In this document: in pieces, positions 38,940 to 52,560 of the stretch
Layout: each line of letters opens with the position of its first letter
How positions within the stretch are numbered: position 1 is the stretch's first letter
Source of the DNA: Octopus sinensis
Taxonomy: Eukaryota
Reading direction: 5' to 3'
NCBI RefSeq assembly: GCF_006345805.1
Contig: NC_042998.1
Span: forward strand, 32,984,001-33,048,000
Length of the DNA: 64,000 bases
Translations under genes and position numbers: made by a program
Notes under the pieces: generated by a model
What the model saw: the letters and a program-made list of their open reading frames with translations, nothing else
The model's database searches: none
Told to the model about the DNA's origin: nothing

Positions 38940-39403
38940 TAAAATATGAGCTACAGCAAATGTTTTGCTCAATACCACAGACTCGCTAGTCAGTTGTTTG
39001 ACTTTAAACAGTTAAGCATGTCCCTTAGTGGCTGACGACATGTGATCACGAGCAGAAGTAGTAGGGGAGCATTATGGCCATGTGCTGAGAGGGATTCTTT
39101 GGGGTTTGAGTAATTCACTTTTGGAAACATGGATGTTTGATTCAACATCCTTAAACAACTCTTATTGAAGGACCCTTTGAGCGGAGTGGGTTACTCGATC
39201 CGAAGAAAATTCTAACTGGGCCCCACCTGCAAGGTCATGTGCTGTTTATCTTGATATGAGATCACCACGTCGCGCACATATGGCTGTGATGCATGTACAT
39301 TTGCTTAGTGTACCCTTATAAGACGGGTAGTCATGATGGGTGCACTGGGCTTCGTATATTTTATCCCAGTGTCACTCTGATGGCATGCACTGCTCTCTCA
39401 CTC
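38940..39403 (+). mobile_element. Non-coding 3' region ending ACTGCTCTCTCACTC-(AAT)n (LINE 3' UTR or dependent SINE)
   Basis: Follows the RLE ORF and ends in (AAT)n; the same 15-mer recurs at 40015-40029. Confidence 0.5.
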
Positions 39404-39453
39404 AATAATAATAATAATAATAATAATAAAAAGTAATAATAATAATAATAATA

Positions 39454-39504
<51 letters not shown>

Positions 39505-39505
39505 T
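39404..39505. repeat. (AAT)n
   Basis: Direct reading; a second tract lies at 39904-40060. Confidence 0.9.
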
Positions 39506-39514
39506 AGCAATCCC

Positions 39515-39903
39515 TTCTACTAAAGGCGCAAGGCCTGAAATTTTGGAGCAAGGGACTAGTCGATTATATCGACCCCCATTTTTTTCTCGTACTTAGTTTA
39601 TTGATCCCGAGAGGATGAAAGGTAAAGTTGCCTTCAGCGGAATTTAAACTCAGTACGTAGCGGCAGACGAAATACCTATTTCTTTACTATCCACAAGGGG
39701 CTAAACACAGAGGGAGACAAACAAGGACAAACAACGGATTAAGTCGATTATATCGACGTGGTGCGTAACTGGTACTTAATTTATCGACCCCGAAAGCATG
39801 AAAAGCAAAGTCGAAATCGGCAGAATTTGAATTCAGAACGTAACGGCAGACGAAATAACGCTAAGTATTTCGTCCAGCGTGCTAACGATTCTGCTCGTTC
39901 GCC
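39515..39903 (-). mobile_element. SINE family A head-to-tail dimer
   Basis: Junction GACGAAATACC|TATTTCTTT at 39676/39677. Confidence 0.8.
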
Positions 39904-39937
<34 letters not shown>

Positions 39938-39972
39938 TAATAATAATGATAATAATAATAATGATAATAATA

Positions 39973-40014
<42 letters not shown>

Positions 40015-40962
40015 ACTGCTCTCTCACTCAATAATAATAGTAATAATAATAATAATAATAATTGATTCAATTAAGGTATTGACTTCATACTTGACTGGTA
40101 TTTTATCGATTCCATAAGGATATAAGGCAAAGTTGATTGACTTTGTTATCATTTTAACATTAGTATTAATTAATTCAGTAATAATAACAAATTTGCATTA
40201 AATATTAAACCTGAAATAAATTCCAAATATTTGCGTGTAATTATACACTTGCTCAAACAAGGAAATATGACTCAGCGTTTCGTTTTTCGGAAATTGCATG
40301 TTTAGAAGCATTTTTGAACCGTAAAATGATTGGAAAGATTCGAGAACGATTGTGTTGTTGATTTTTTTTTATATATATTTATATTCATTTTGAAATAACA
40401 TATCAAAATACAACGCATGAATTATTACTTGGTGGTCGTAAACATTAAAATTACCTAGCGTCACTATCAACAATTTATAATTTGTAATGCCGTTACTCCG
40501 TGTTCTACATCATTAATGAGACTATTTCGCGAAATGATTTTTAAAAGGAAAAACTTTTTCCCAACTTCTAATCTGATATTATCGCGTTCTTTAGAATGCG
40601 TGTAATATTGCTCAGTAATGCATTTGCTGCCATAAAAAAAAATGATTGAATTTCACCGGGAATATGATCAATATTCTCCGAGAAGTAGTAACGTATATTG
40701 GATTGGGTAAGGTGTTTTAGCGTTATTTATTATGCTGGCCTCGGAAAATGATAAAGAACGCCAGTCACGACAAGATTAGAACTCAGAATTTGGTATATTC
40801 CAATACCAAAATTTACTTAATTATGGTTTAGCCGAGAAACTCAAGCACCAGTCAATGACTGGTACTAACTTCATCATTCTAGATTTGATGCAAGGTAAAA
40901 ATAGAATGCAGCAGGTTTTCGACTTAGAATATAAAAATGATTTCTACTCTGTCTAGAATTTT

Positions 40963-41184
40963 TTATTGCCCACAAGGGGCTAAACATAGAGGAGACAAAC
41001 AAAGACAGACAAACGGATTAAGTCGATTACATCGAATCCCAGTGCGTAGCTGGTACTTAATTTATCGATTCCGAAAGGATGAAAGGCAAAGTCGACCTCG
41101 GTAGAATTTGAACTCAGAACGCAGCGGCGGACGAAATACCACAAAGCATTTCGCCCGGCGTGCTAACGTTTCTGCCAGCTCGCC
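40963..41184 (-). mobile_element. SINE family A
   Basis: Flanking repeat GAATATAAAAATGATTT at 40927-40943 and 41190-41206. Confidence 0.85.
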
Positions 41185-41779
41185 TTTTCGAATATAAAAA
41201 TGATTTAACTACAAACTATACAGACTTGAGCAAGGGTTTCTAATGTATAAAAGAATGGAATTTTAGAGAGGGTGATAATCCAGTCAATGATCTTACGTAT
41301 TTGATTGTAACTGTTTTTCTTTTAACGGTGAACAAATTAAACGGTGGGATCCAATTTTAAAATTTAAAGTGGCGTCATTATATAGCACAAAACATAATTT
41401 TAGATACTGTATTGATCCTTTCAGTCACTGGTCTCTAGCTAGCTGACAAACAAGGACTTGCAACGGGTTTGATAAAGAAGTGCGGCAAAGATTTGATTAG
41501 GGAAGAGTTGCTCTGAGTTGAGTAACAAAATTTTAATATCGGCCTAATAAAGTACCGTCGATATTTCACTTCTCCGATAAATAGCCATTAGCATCGGTGA
41601 AACAATTAATGTTCTTCAGTATTTTACTGTAACATTTTTTTTATAGCCAAAATAAATCCTGGGTGAATCTGAACTCAAAATCTAACGTGGCGTAATTAAA
41701 TAGCACAAAGCATCATTTTAGATGTATTAAAAGTACATTGCCTTGTGTGAGGAATTTTCAGGACATTTATAAGGAAATA

Positions 41780-41827
41780 GTCTTACAGTTATTTCTGGGA
41801 TATCATGGATATTCCTTCATCAGAGAC
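41780..41827 (-). ncRNA. Type I hammerhead (slightly mutated)
   Basis: Reverse complement: GTCT / CTGATGA / A-GGAATATCCATGATATCCC-A / GAAAT-AACT-GTA / AGAC. Confidence 0.65.
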
Positions 41828-41912
41828 GGTGTGAGAAGGTTAAATTGATGAGATACTTGTAGTGAGAAAATTAAATTGAGGAAATACTTCCTCGATTTAA
41901 CCTTCGCACACC

Positions 41913-41950
41913 GTCTCTGATGAAGGGATATCCAGAAACAGCTGTAAGAC
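41913..41950 (+). ncRNA. Type I minimal hammerhead
   Basis: GTCT / CTGATGA / AGGGATATCCA / GAAA / palindromic ACAGCTGT / A17 / AGAC. Confidence 0.75.
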
Positions 41951-42004
41951 TATTCCTTTATAAATGTCCTCAAAAACTCTCACAGCCCTGCATTTGTTTT
42001 TTAT

Positions 42005-42053
<49 letters not shown>

Positions 42054-42256
42054 AGAAATGGGTCATTGAGACCGAAAGGTGTCAGGTAATGCTGAATAAG
42101 TGCTATAGACAGACCATAGTTAATTTACAGATTCGGTAATATTGCGAATAAAGGGTTCAACGTTGGTTCTGTGTCAACGTGTGTATATAAGAATTTTTTG
42201 CGTAATAAGATAAAAAACCAAGGCTGTATAGATATTAGAGCATTTATAGATAGAAG

Positions 42257-42308
42257 GTCTTATAGCTGTTTCCCGGATATCAATTAATAATATCCCTTCA
42301 TCGGAGAC
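42257..42308 (-). ncRNA. Hammerhead, mutated core (CCGATGA, AUA)
   Basis: Reverse complement: GTCT / CCGATGA / AG-GGATATTATTAATTGATATCC-GG / GAAAC-AGCT-ATA / AGAC. Confidence 0.55.
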
Positions 42309-42410
42309 GGTGTGAGAGGAAAATGTATTTAATCTATTTTCTTTCCTCCACCTCACTCCCTATTTGTATCACATCGAAACTAACTATAACTTAATTTTTC
42401 CTCTCACACC

Positions 42411-42462
42411 ATCTCTGATGAAGAGATATTATTAATTAATATCCTAGAAACAGCTGTAAGAC
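42411..42462 (+). ncRNA. Type I hammerhead
   Basis: ATCT / CTGATGA / AGAGATATTATTAATTAATATCCTA / GAAAC-AGCT-GTA / AGAC. Confidence 0.75.
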
Positions 42463-43270
42463 CTTCTACCTACAAATGCTCTAATATCTATACGGCCTTG
42501 GTTTTTTTATTACGCAAAAAATTCTTATATATATATATATGTATATAATATATATGCATACATTACTGTTTTATTTCGCACTAAAGGATCGCAACGTTGT
42601 TCTAAATATAACCTGTCTATTTGTCTTGTTGAGGAGATTCTACTTAAATTCTATTTAGTTGAAAGTTTATTAGAAATTAGAAATTTCAGACAGAAATAAT
42701 GCTAATAAGTTTACGTCCGTGAAATTTAAAGAAAAAAAGGGAAAATTTTCCTTCGGTTATAAAACACAGAACTAATTGATTTTTCCTTTCATTATAATAC
42801 TTCATTTTAAGCAATCTAGAGATTTTAATATTGAGCATTTTATTCTTTGATTAAGGAGCTTCTTACTGAAATCCTTAACAAAACAAAGTATTTTAAACAT
42901 TATCTTTAAATATCCTACTTTCAAACGTACCCCTGGTTATAACATGCCAGAAAAAACATCTAAATAATTGCAGAATTGTCACTTGAAAATTTTTGTTTCC
43001 TAAATCAAGTGTCATTCATTCGATCAAACAATCTTTGCTTTTTCTTGTTTCTTTTGTGTGTGTGTGTGTTGTTTTTTTGTTGTTTTTTTTTTATGAAACT
43101 TAATTAACTCCTGCTTGGTATTTACTGATAACGCTACAAGGAATTTAAAACTTTACACGCATACACATACACATACACACATACACACACATACACACAC
43201 ACATACACACGTGTACATACATACATACAACATACATATACATACATACATACATACATACATACATACA

Positions 43271-43302
<32 letters not shown>

Positions 43303-43609
43303 CATACATACGTACATACATCGATAATTATAGCGACTCCGCTGAAAAATAAACATTTCACTCATTTTTGTTTCCCTTCAAGCAATAACATATTTTAAGT
43401 CTTAAATTTATTTTACAAGACATTTGTCTTAAATAATGTTTAGACATACATACACACACACACATACATACATACATACATACATACATACATACATACA
43501 TACATACGTACGTACATACATACATACATACATACATACATACGTACATACATACATACATACATACGTACGTACGTACGTACGTATATATATACATATA
43601 TTTTCTTTT

Positions 43610-44012
43610 ATTCTTTTACTTGTTTCAGTCATTTGACTTGCGGCCATGCTGGCGTACCACTTTTAGTGGAGCAAATCGATCCCAGGACTTATTTTTTGTA
43701 AGCCTAGAACTTGTCACTTTTGCTGCACCGCTAAGTTACGGGGATGTAAACACAACAGCATCGGTTGTCAAGCGATGGGGGTGGAAGGACAAACACAGAC
43801 ACAAATAACAGACAGACACACACAGACACACACACACACACAAACACACATATATATACGACGGGCTTCTTTCAGTTTCCGTCTAACAAATCCACTCACA
43901 AGGCTTTGGTCGGCCCGAGGATATAGTAGAAAACACTCGTCCAAGGCACGCAGTGGGGTTGAACTCGGAACCATGTGACTGGGCAGCAAGCTTTTTATCA
44001 CACAGCTACTCC
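43610..44012 (-). mobile_element. SINE family B, near full length, with internal (CA)n
   Basis: Colinear with 34250-34712. Confidence 0.85.
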
Positions 44013-44017
44013 GGGGC

Positions 44018-44050
<33 letters not shown>

Positions 44051-45980
44051 ATATATATATATATAATTATATATATAACAGATATAATATATGTATGTAT
44101 GTATTGTATGTATGTATGTATGTATGTATGTATGTATGTATGCATATGAGTGAGTGTGGTGTGGGTGTGTGTGGTGTGCATTATGTGACTAACGAGAAAT
44201 CTTCGTTTCAAGCTATCTGGTACTTTAGTTTATTAAAAAGATTCTAGAAATTTCAGAATATTCCGTTGCAATATCTAGAGACGAATTCGTGTTGTCATGC
44301 TCATTTATTTTTATTAGTATTCTACAATCACCTTTTGGTGTGGATGCTGTATTTGTGGCTGTACAGCTGTCGATGGATGGATCTCTGTCACATGTGTTTC
44401 AACCATAAAGCACAAGATGGTACATTTATTCTATTGTTTAACGTCCGGGAAATCGCAAATGAATTCCTTTGAAATAAAGGTCTTTCCATCATGACGTTTT
44501 CGAAACGTGTCCTAGATATAACAAAATGAAGAGCTGACTGTGCCAGAAACACCTTCCATCATAGCTTTAATTCAATCAGAGCTGACTTAGGAATAAACAA
44601 CCATATCAGCAAAACACAGAGAATATCGCACTTGCATCTTCACAAGTTATCCACAGATCACCAAAGATGGCTGTCACAACATGTTCTAGCTCCTGTAGTT
44701 CCCTCTGTTTCCTGGCCAATTACTTCCTCCCAAAAAAACATTTACAAAATACAATATAATCTTATAAACGCTGTCTCTCTTCAAAGGTCAAACAAACATT
44801 AAACAGATATAAATAGAAGCAGCATCGTTAAGTCTCTTTAGCCCCAAAGTGCTTAAAGTATACACCACCAATGATATGTACACAGGAATAGCAACTCTTG
44901 AACTCTGATTGATATCACGTTATTTATTTTCAATATGCAGGCAAAGGGATCCTCTACGTGCTCGCTCGATCTCTTAGAAATAGCAACCAAATGACTTTTA
45001 AATCAAGCCATTTCATCTTAGGATAAGACACGTTGGATAAATATTCATAACTGCTTCTATAACAAAATTTGTGGTCATTGTTGAAATGCTTTTCATCATA
45101 GATGTGTCCCTTCTGAACTGACCTGCGATTAAACAGCAACAGGCGTACAGAAGTGTCCTCTATAATGAAGACTGTAGAATACGTCCGGATTTCTACACGC
45201 TGTACGCATACGATGAACCACATCTTAGATTATACCCTATAGTTCGAAGATAGACAGAACGTTAGTATATTTGAAACAATGAAAAGGCGGCGAGCTGGCA
45301 GAAACGTTAGCGCGCCGGGCGAAATGCTTAGCGGTATTTCGTCTGCCGCTACGTTCAAATTCCGCCGAGGTCGACTTTGCCTTTCATCTTTTCAGGGTCG
45401 ATAACTAAAGGACCAGTTTCGCACTGGAGTTGATGTAATCGACTTAATCTCTTTGTCTGTGCTTGTTTGTCCCCTCTATGTTTAACCCCTTGTGGGCAGT
45501 AAAGAAATATATTTGAAACAATGAAACAGTGGGTTGCAGCTGGTCGTTTGGCCGATTATAAGCTATCGTTTGCGGCTTCATAATTGTAACAACTTTAGAT
45601 GTTATTACTCTCAAATTGTCAGCAATTCAAGATTAACGCAATCTGGCGAATTAATTTCAGTTTAAATTATTTCAAGTATTCTTTTCGCGTAACATGTGAG
45701 CTGGCTTTACAGTTTTCCTCTTCATATACCTNNNNNNNNNNNNNNNNNNNNNNNNNNNNNNNNNNNNNNNNNNNNNNNNNNNNNNNNNNNNNNNNNNNNN
45801 NNNNNNNNNNNNNNNNNNNNNNNNNNNNNNNTCTTTCAGTTTCCGTCTAACAAATCCACTCACAAGGCTTTGTCGGCCGAGGATATAGTAGAAAACACTC
45901 GTCCAAGGCACGCAGTGGGGTTGAACTCGGAACCATGTGACTGGGCAGCAAGCTTTTTATCACCACAGCTACTCCGGGGC

Positions 45981-46035
<55 letters not shown>

Positions 46036-46108
46036 ATACGAGATATATATAGTATGTATGTATGTATGTATGTATGTATGTATGTATGTATGTATGTATG
46101 TATGCATA

Positions 46109-46149
<41 letters not shown>

Positions 46150-47708
46150 ATTATGTGACTAACGAGAAATCTTCGTTTCAAGCTATCTTTGGTACTTTAG
46201 TTTATTAAAAAGATTCTAGAAATTTCAGAATATTCCGTTGCAATATCTAGAGACGAATTTCGTGTTGTCATGCTCATTATATTTTATTAGTATTCTACAA
46301 TCACCTTTTGGTTGTGGATGCTGTATTTGTGGCTGTACAGCTGTCGATGGATGGATCTCTGTCACATGTGTTTCAACCATAAAGCACAAGATGGTACATT
46401 TATTCTATTGTTTAACGTCCGGGAAATCGCAAATGAATTCCTTGAAATAAAGGTCTTCTTCCATCATGACGTTTTCGACAACGTGTTCCTAGATATACAA
46501 AAATGAAGAGCTGACTGTTGCCAGAACACCTTCCATCATAGCTTAATTCAATCAGAGCTGACTTAGGAATAAACAACCATATCAGCAAAACACAGAGAAT
46601 ATCGCACTTTGCATCTTCACAAGTTATCCACAGATCACCAAAGATGGCTGTCACAACATGTTCTAGCTCCTGTAGTTCCCTCTGTTTCCTGGCCAATTAC
46701 TTCCTCCCAAAAAAACATTTACAAAATACAATATAATCTTATAAACGCTGTCTCTCTTCAAAGGTCAAACAAACATTAAACAGATATAAATAGAAGCAGC
46801 ATCGTTAAGTCTCTTTAGCCCCAAAGTGCTTAAAGTATACACCACCAATGATATGTACACAGGAATAGCAACTCTTGAACTCTGATTGATATCACGTTAT
46901 TTATTTTCAATATGCAGGCAAAGGGATCCTCTACGTGCTCGCTCGATCTCTTAGAAATAGCAACCAAATGACTTTTAAATCAAGCCATTTCATCTTAGGA
47001 TAAGACACGTTGGATAAATATTCATAACTGCTTCTATAACAAAATTTGTGGTCATTGTTGAAATGCTTTTCATCATAGATGTGTCCCTTCTGAACTGACC
47101 TGCGATTAAACAGCAACAGGCGTACAGAAGTGTCCTCTATAATGAAGACTGTAGAATACGTCCGGATTTCTACACGCTGTACGCATACGATGAACCACAT
47201 CTTAGATTATACCCTATAGTTCGAAGATAGACAGAACGTTAGTATATTTGAAACAATGAAAAGGCGGCGAGCTGGCAGAAACGTTAGCGCGCCGGGCGAA
47301 ATGCTTAGCGGTATTTCGTCTGCCGCTACGTTCAAATTCCGCCGAGGTCGACTTTGCCTTTCATCTTTTCAGGGTCGATAACTAAAGGACCAGTTTCGCA
47401 CTGGAGTTGATGTAATCGACTTAATCTCTTTGTCTGTGCTTGTTTGTCCCCTCTATGTTTAACCCCTTGTGGGCAGTAAAGAAATATATTTGAAACAATG
47501 AAACAGTGGGTTGCAGCTGGTCGTTTGGCCGATTATAAGCTATCGTTTGCGGCTTCATAATTGTAACAACTTTAGATGTTATTACTCTCAAATTGTCAGC
47601 AATTCAAGATTAACGCAATCTGGCGAATTAATTTCAGTTTAAATTATTTCAAGTATTCTTTTCGCGTAACATGTGAGCTGGCTTTACAGTTTTCCTCTTC
47701 ATATACCT
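43868..47708. repeat. ~1.87-kb tandem duplication flanking a 100-N gap (45732-45831)
   Basis: 43868-45731 repeats at 45832-47708; the distal ~1 kb reads identical and the proximal part differs mainly by small indels. Confidence 0.9.
45286..45507 (+). mobile_element. SINE family A with 19-bp TSD (duplicated at 47263-47484)
   Basis: TATATTTGAAACAATGAAA at 45266-45284 and 45508-45526. Confidence 0.9.
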
Positions 47709-47864
47709 CTGTTTTCTGTTTTCTTGTGTTTGTCACACTTGTAAGTTTGTCTGTTTGCCACAAGCTCTCTTTCTCTCTCTTACCTTTTCTTCACACATAC
47801 ATAGACTCTCATTACATACATACACATTATGTAAAGTAACATAAGCGCACACATACCTGTTTCT

Positions 47865-47879
47865 CTCTCTCTCTCTCTG

Positions 47880-47942
<63 letters not shown>

Positions 47943-48001
47943 CCTCTCTCTCTCTCTCACCTCTCTCTCTCTCCTCTCTCCTCCTCTCTCTCTCTGCTTC
48001 T

Positions 48002-48030
<29 letters not shown>
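47865..48030. repeat. (CT)n microsatellite
   Basis: Direct reading. Confidence 0.9.
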
Positions 48031-48032
<2 letters not shown>

Positions 48033-49959
48033 GTTTTGAATTATTCGATGGCTTTCTTTTGATCTGATGCAACTCTAAAAACTGTTTAGATTCATATACA
48101 GAATACCAATTTTAGTCCCTTCTCGCTCTCCTCCCGCTTTCACATCCACCTTTCTCTCTTTCTCTTACTTTTTCATTCTATTTATCTAACTTTCTCCCTC
48201 TCTCTATCTCTTTTTCTCTTTCTCTCTCTCTCTCTCTCTTCTATTTTCATCTTTCATCAATATTTAGACACGTTCTTTTGCTTTTGAATTATTGCAGATA
48301 CATCATGTTAAACCATTTACTTCTTCTTTCGTTTTACTTTTACATTTTCCTTCTCTTTTTCCAATAATTATGATTTTTTTTTAAAGAGTTCAGGGAAAAC
48401 TTTTAATTTCCTGCATTGATAAAAGACGTTTTGTCATGAACTAATCATAATTTCTTCAAGTTTTTTTTTATTTTTTTTTTTTTTTTTTGATTTTTTGATT
48501 TGCTTTTTCTTCACCGTCCGTTCTCAAACATCAGATATTATGGTAGCAAATTTAGGAAGGCATTATTAAAAGTGAAAATTAATTTCCTTAGCTGCTCTTA
48601 GTTCCTTGATCTTATCACTTCAATTAGTATCTCAATAAACGATCCACCAACTGATAACGGAAATATACCATCCTCTCATCAATATCACCGCCTCGAATGA
48701 TTCCTGTTGATTGGGCTGTTCACAGCCAATTTAATCCCGACTAAAAACATGCTTAGTGAAACAATTACGTGATGCAGAAAGTTCAAAGCAGCTGAAAGTC
48801 AAGTGAAAAAAAAGAAATAATAAATAATAATCATTGTTGCTCTCACCGTTTCCTTTTCTCTCTTTTCGCTTTTTCCTCGCTGATAAATAATATAAAGTTT
48901 AAACAAATGATATTGTCATGAACGATTCAATTTCTCTCGTGCAATTTTTATTAAACACGAAATGAAACGTTTCGGCTAATTTGCATTAGTTTAATATAAT
49001 GAATATATAATGATCTTAATGTGTATCATAATTTTGATTTCGTTATAAATTTTGTTTTGAAATCAATGCCTTTTGACAAAGATTAAATGGTTGGTTATTG
49101 GGTTTAATATTGAAATCGCAGTGTTGTACTTTGTTATGCGATTAACAAACCCTGTACAAAACATCGATTTGTGAAATTCTAAACAAAATAAAATTAAAAA
49201 AAACATTGTAATTTCTAAAATCATATTTCTGATTAATTTTCCTCCAAAACATTGAATTTTCTCGAATTGAAGCAGTCTCCTGTGCAATGCATATAACCAT
49301 TAATAATAGTACACCTTATCTACGTGAAATACCTTTTAAACAGATCTTATATCGCGTTTCAGATGTTCGTTCAACAGAACTAAGAACTCAATGCATTATA
49401 GTGTAAATTACTGCACATTCCCTATACCCTAGTATTTTGTAATTTATTCCTTAAGCAGATGAAACGTGACTCTGTGAGAGACAAGAGTTGAGCTTTAAAA
49501 TTACAAATACGGCGCCATCAATACAATTTCATTTTATTCATTTTCTTTCAAAAAGTATGAATCTAGAAAACGATGCGGTGTACGACGGTTGCTCAAGTAT
49601 CGTGAAGTAAAATAACATTTAGCATAACTCTCGGTTTTGAATTTATATGAGTGGACAAACATGCACACACACACACACGTTGATGTTGTTTAAAAGAAAC
49701 CTAGTTCGTTCAGTCTCAGATTACCGAATTAATAAATCCAAGAAGTCCAATGTGATTACCGGAAACTGAGCCGCTATTTGGTCAAGGCGGGTTACATCAT
49801 GTTGTTAGAAGTGAAATTGGCATTGCAGCGACGCCAGATACATTGAAAACGAAAGTTTCCTGGGTTGCGAGTCTGGACAGGAAGCTGATGGCATCTTGTT
49901 GTCGGGCTGGCCTTGTGAAGGGGATTGGAAGCCGACAGAAACATGACCGGCTGGATGTG

Positions 49960-50020
<61 letters not shown>

Positions 50021-50099
50021 TGTGTGTGTGTGCGTGTGTGTGTGTGTACGCACTTGCGTATACAAGATGTACACAGACATACAGGAAGTAAATAGACAC

Positions 50100-50590
50100 C
50101 TTTAATTTCCAAAATCTTTTATTTGATATTAATTGGTTGAAGGAGAGGTTTTCTTCTAGCTGCTCGTCCATAATACCCGAACTTATGCAGATACACGTAC
50201 TTGGATTAACTTCTAGCTGTTTTGCAATGTCAGAAGCCTTCGAACGGGGTTCGTTTTCTACAATTCTCTTCAAACAGCGAAGCTTCCTTTCCGAGGGTCC
50301 AGGTCGACCGGGACGAGAATCTGTTGATTCTTTTCCTTGGCTTTTGAATTGCACTATAATTCTATTAACAGTAACAAGAGGAATTTGAAGATTTTCGGCA
50401 ATTTTTCGCTGGCTAAGACCAGCCTCAGATTGCCCAACAATACGACCAATTTGAAAATCTGAGAGTTCTGTTGAATTTTTTGTGCATGGCATGGTTGCTC
50501 TTCGCAAATGTTTAATATAATGGCACCTGGAATGAAAAACAATAATTACACTGTAAATTCTACACCACCGAAAATATATTAAGATGCTTA
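50100..50590 (-). mobile_element. Tc1-like transposase N-terminal (paired HTH) fragment
   Basis: [12 protein letters not shown]...[22 protein letters not shown]...SRPGRPG...[10 protein letters not shown]...ASDIAKQL. Confidence 0.8.
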
Positions 50591-50604
50591 GATCAGAAAT
50601 GTTG

Positions 50605-50881
50605 AAATACATATACATATATATATGCATATACATACATATATACATAAATATACATATATATATGCATATACATACATATATACATAAATATATATAT
50701 ATATGCATATACATACATATATACATACATATGCATATACATACATAGACATATGCATATACATACATACATACATATACATATATATATATGCATATAC
50801 ATACATATATACATACATTTTATATATATATATATAATACATATAATATATATATTTATACATATATATATATATTTATAC

Positions 50882-50914
<33 letters not shown>

Positions 50915-51243
50915 ATATATATATGTATGTATATATATATATATATATGTATGTATATATATATTATATATGTATGTATATATTATATATATATATATAT
51001 GTATGTATATATATAGTGTATATATATATATTATATGTATGTATATATATATTATATATATATATATATATATTATATTAGTGTGTGTATATATATATAT
51101 ATATGTGTGTGTGTATATATATATATATATGTGTGTTATATATATAATATATATGTGTGTGTATATATATATATATATATGTGTATATATATATTATATA
51201 TGTGTATATATATATATATATATATGTGTATATATATATAATC

Positions 51244-51282
<39 letters not shown>

Positions 51283-51340
51283 GTATATATATATATGTAT
51301 ATATATATATATACATCTATATAATATACATATATACATA
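50605..51340. repeat. Compound (TA)/(TACA)/(TG) microsatellite
   Basis: Direct reading. Confidence 0.95.
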
Positions 51341-51559
51341 ATTCTATAACGCCCGCCTTGTCAAGAGCCGTTTATAAGGAAAAAGTATCATACATCGACC
51401 CAGCTTATTCTAAACCACCATATGCTTCTGAATCTAGGAAAACCACTCGTATAATAAAAATAATGATTTCAATTATAATAGGCAGCACCCTGTACATAAG
51501 GTAAATCCTTTACGGACTAGGGGAGGTAAGCACCACCCTACTCCTCAAATTTCCAACAC

Positions 51560-52560
51560 AGAAAATTTCCCCTTACTGTCACAAATAACACTAGGAACAA
51601 TTCAAAGTCTACGAAAATGTGTATCTGGTTTGTAATACCTTCGGAAACAATCAATCGAACCTTCCCTTGCAGTTCCGTGAAGCCATTGCTAGGAACTTTC
51701 CCCGTAATTCTAGATATCATTCTATAATCAATTCACACAAGGTAAGAATAGCATTCTCTAACACTAGGAATCTTTCGCAAATTATTGCTTCTCATAATAA
51801 CAAGCTGCTAAACAAATATTCTTCACCGGGGGGTTCCAACACCCAACCCATCATACAATAATAATAGAAATAGTATTGATAGTAACAGCATTCGTAGCAG
51901 CGTTAGTGTTAGCAATGATAATATTAATAATAGTATTAGTCGGGTTGATAACAACGGTAATGTTGATGGTAACAACAACAACGGTACTATGTCGGGGATA
52001 TAGCTGGTTCTAGTGCAATTAATAATAATAATAGGAATAGTGCAGTTGTTAACGCTAGTAGTAATAAAAGCAACAATCATAACAATAAAAACTCCGTCTC
52101 GATCTCGGAGGAAAACCCTAACAGATTAAAATTTTTGTCCAGTAATTCCAAAATTAAGAATTCCATTTACCAGTGTAGAATTTCTTCCGGTACCGATGTC
52201 TTCTTCTATATAGGTGCGACAACTTCTCAGTTATCCAAGAGAATTTCCAGTCATTATTCGACTTTCGAGATAAGAAAAAACGACATAGTACAGGACTGAG
52301 TAAATTAGTTTGGCGTCTTAAAGACAACAATATAACTTTCAAGTTGGATTGGTTTATATTCTGTATCCTTTCCTTTTGATAAGGGCAGAAAATTTGTAAC
52401 ATTTGTAATTCTGAACTCTTCTATATCCTTTTCGCCAAGGTTCCCCTAGTAAACACACTCATACAGGAAAATCGTACAAATGTAAGCATTGGCAAAAACA
52501 CTCTTACCACTCATATAAATGATATAGATAACCACTGTAGTTTTAACAATTAGCTTCACG
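51560..52560 (+). mobile_element. Penelope-like element: RT C-terminus, linker and GIY-YIG endonuclease relic
   Basis: NFPRNSRYHSIINSHKVRIAFSNTRNLSQIIASHNNKLL; IYQCRISSGTDVFFYIGATTSQLSKRISSHYSTF from 52165; STGLSKLVWRLKD; ICNICNSE. Confidence 0.8.

Larger units (their letters stand above)
41750..41980. mobile_element. Head-to-head foldback cassette with two outward-reading HHRs
   Basis: Imperfect inverted arms ~41750-41850 and ~41895-41980. Confidence 0.75.
42183..42535. mobile_element. Second head-to-head foldback cassette of the same HHR family
   Basis: Arms ~42183-42325 and ~42396-42535. Confidence 0.8.

Noticed and set aside
38990-39070. CTGACGA in the Dong-associated 3' region as a ribozyme core
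   Set aside because: No GAAA or stem III at a suitable position. An HDV-like ribozyme would be expected at the 5' end, which is truncated.
44250-45230. Complex-looking sequence with 60-95 aa ORFs as a possible host exon
   Set aside because: No recognisable family in any frame; frames differ between the two duplicate copies, so coding status cannot be supported.
48700-48760. Tc1 WPxxSPDLNP-like remnant
   Set aside because: Too degenerate to support.
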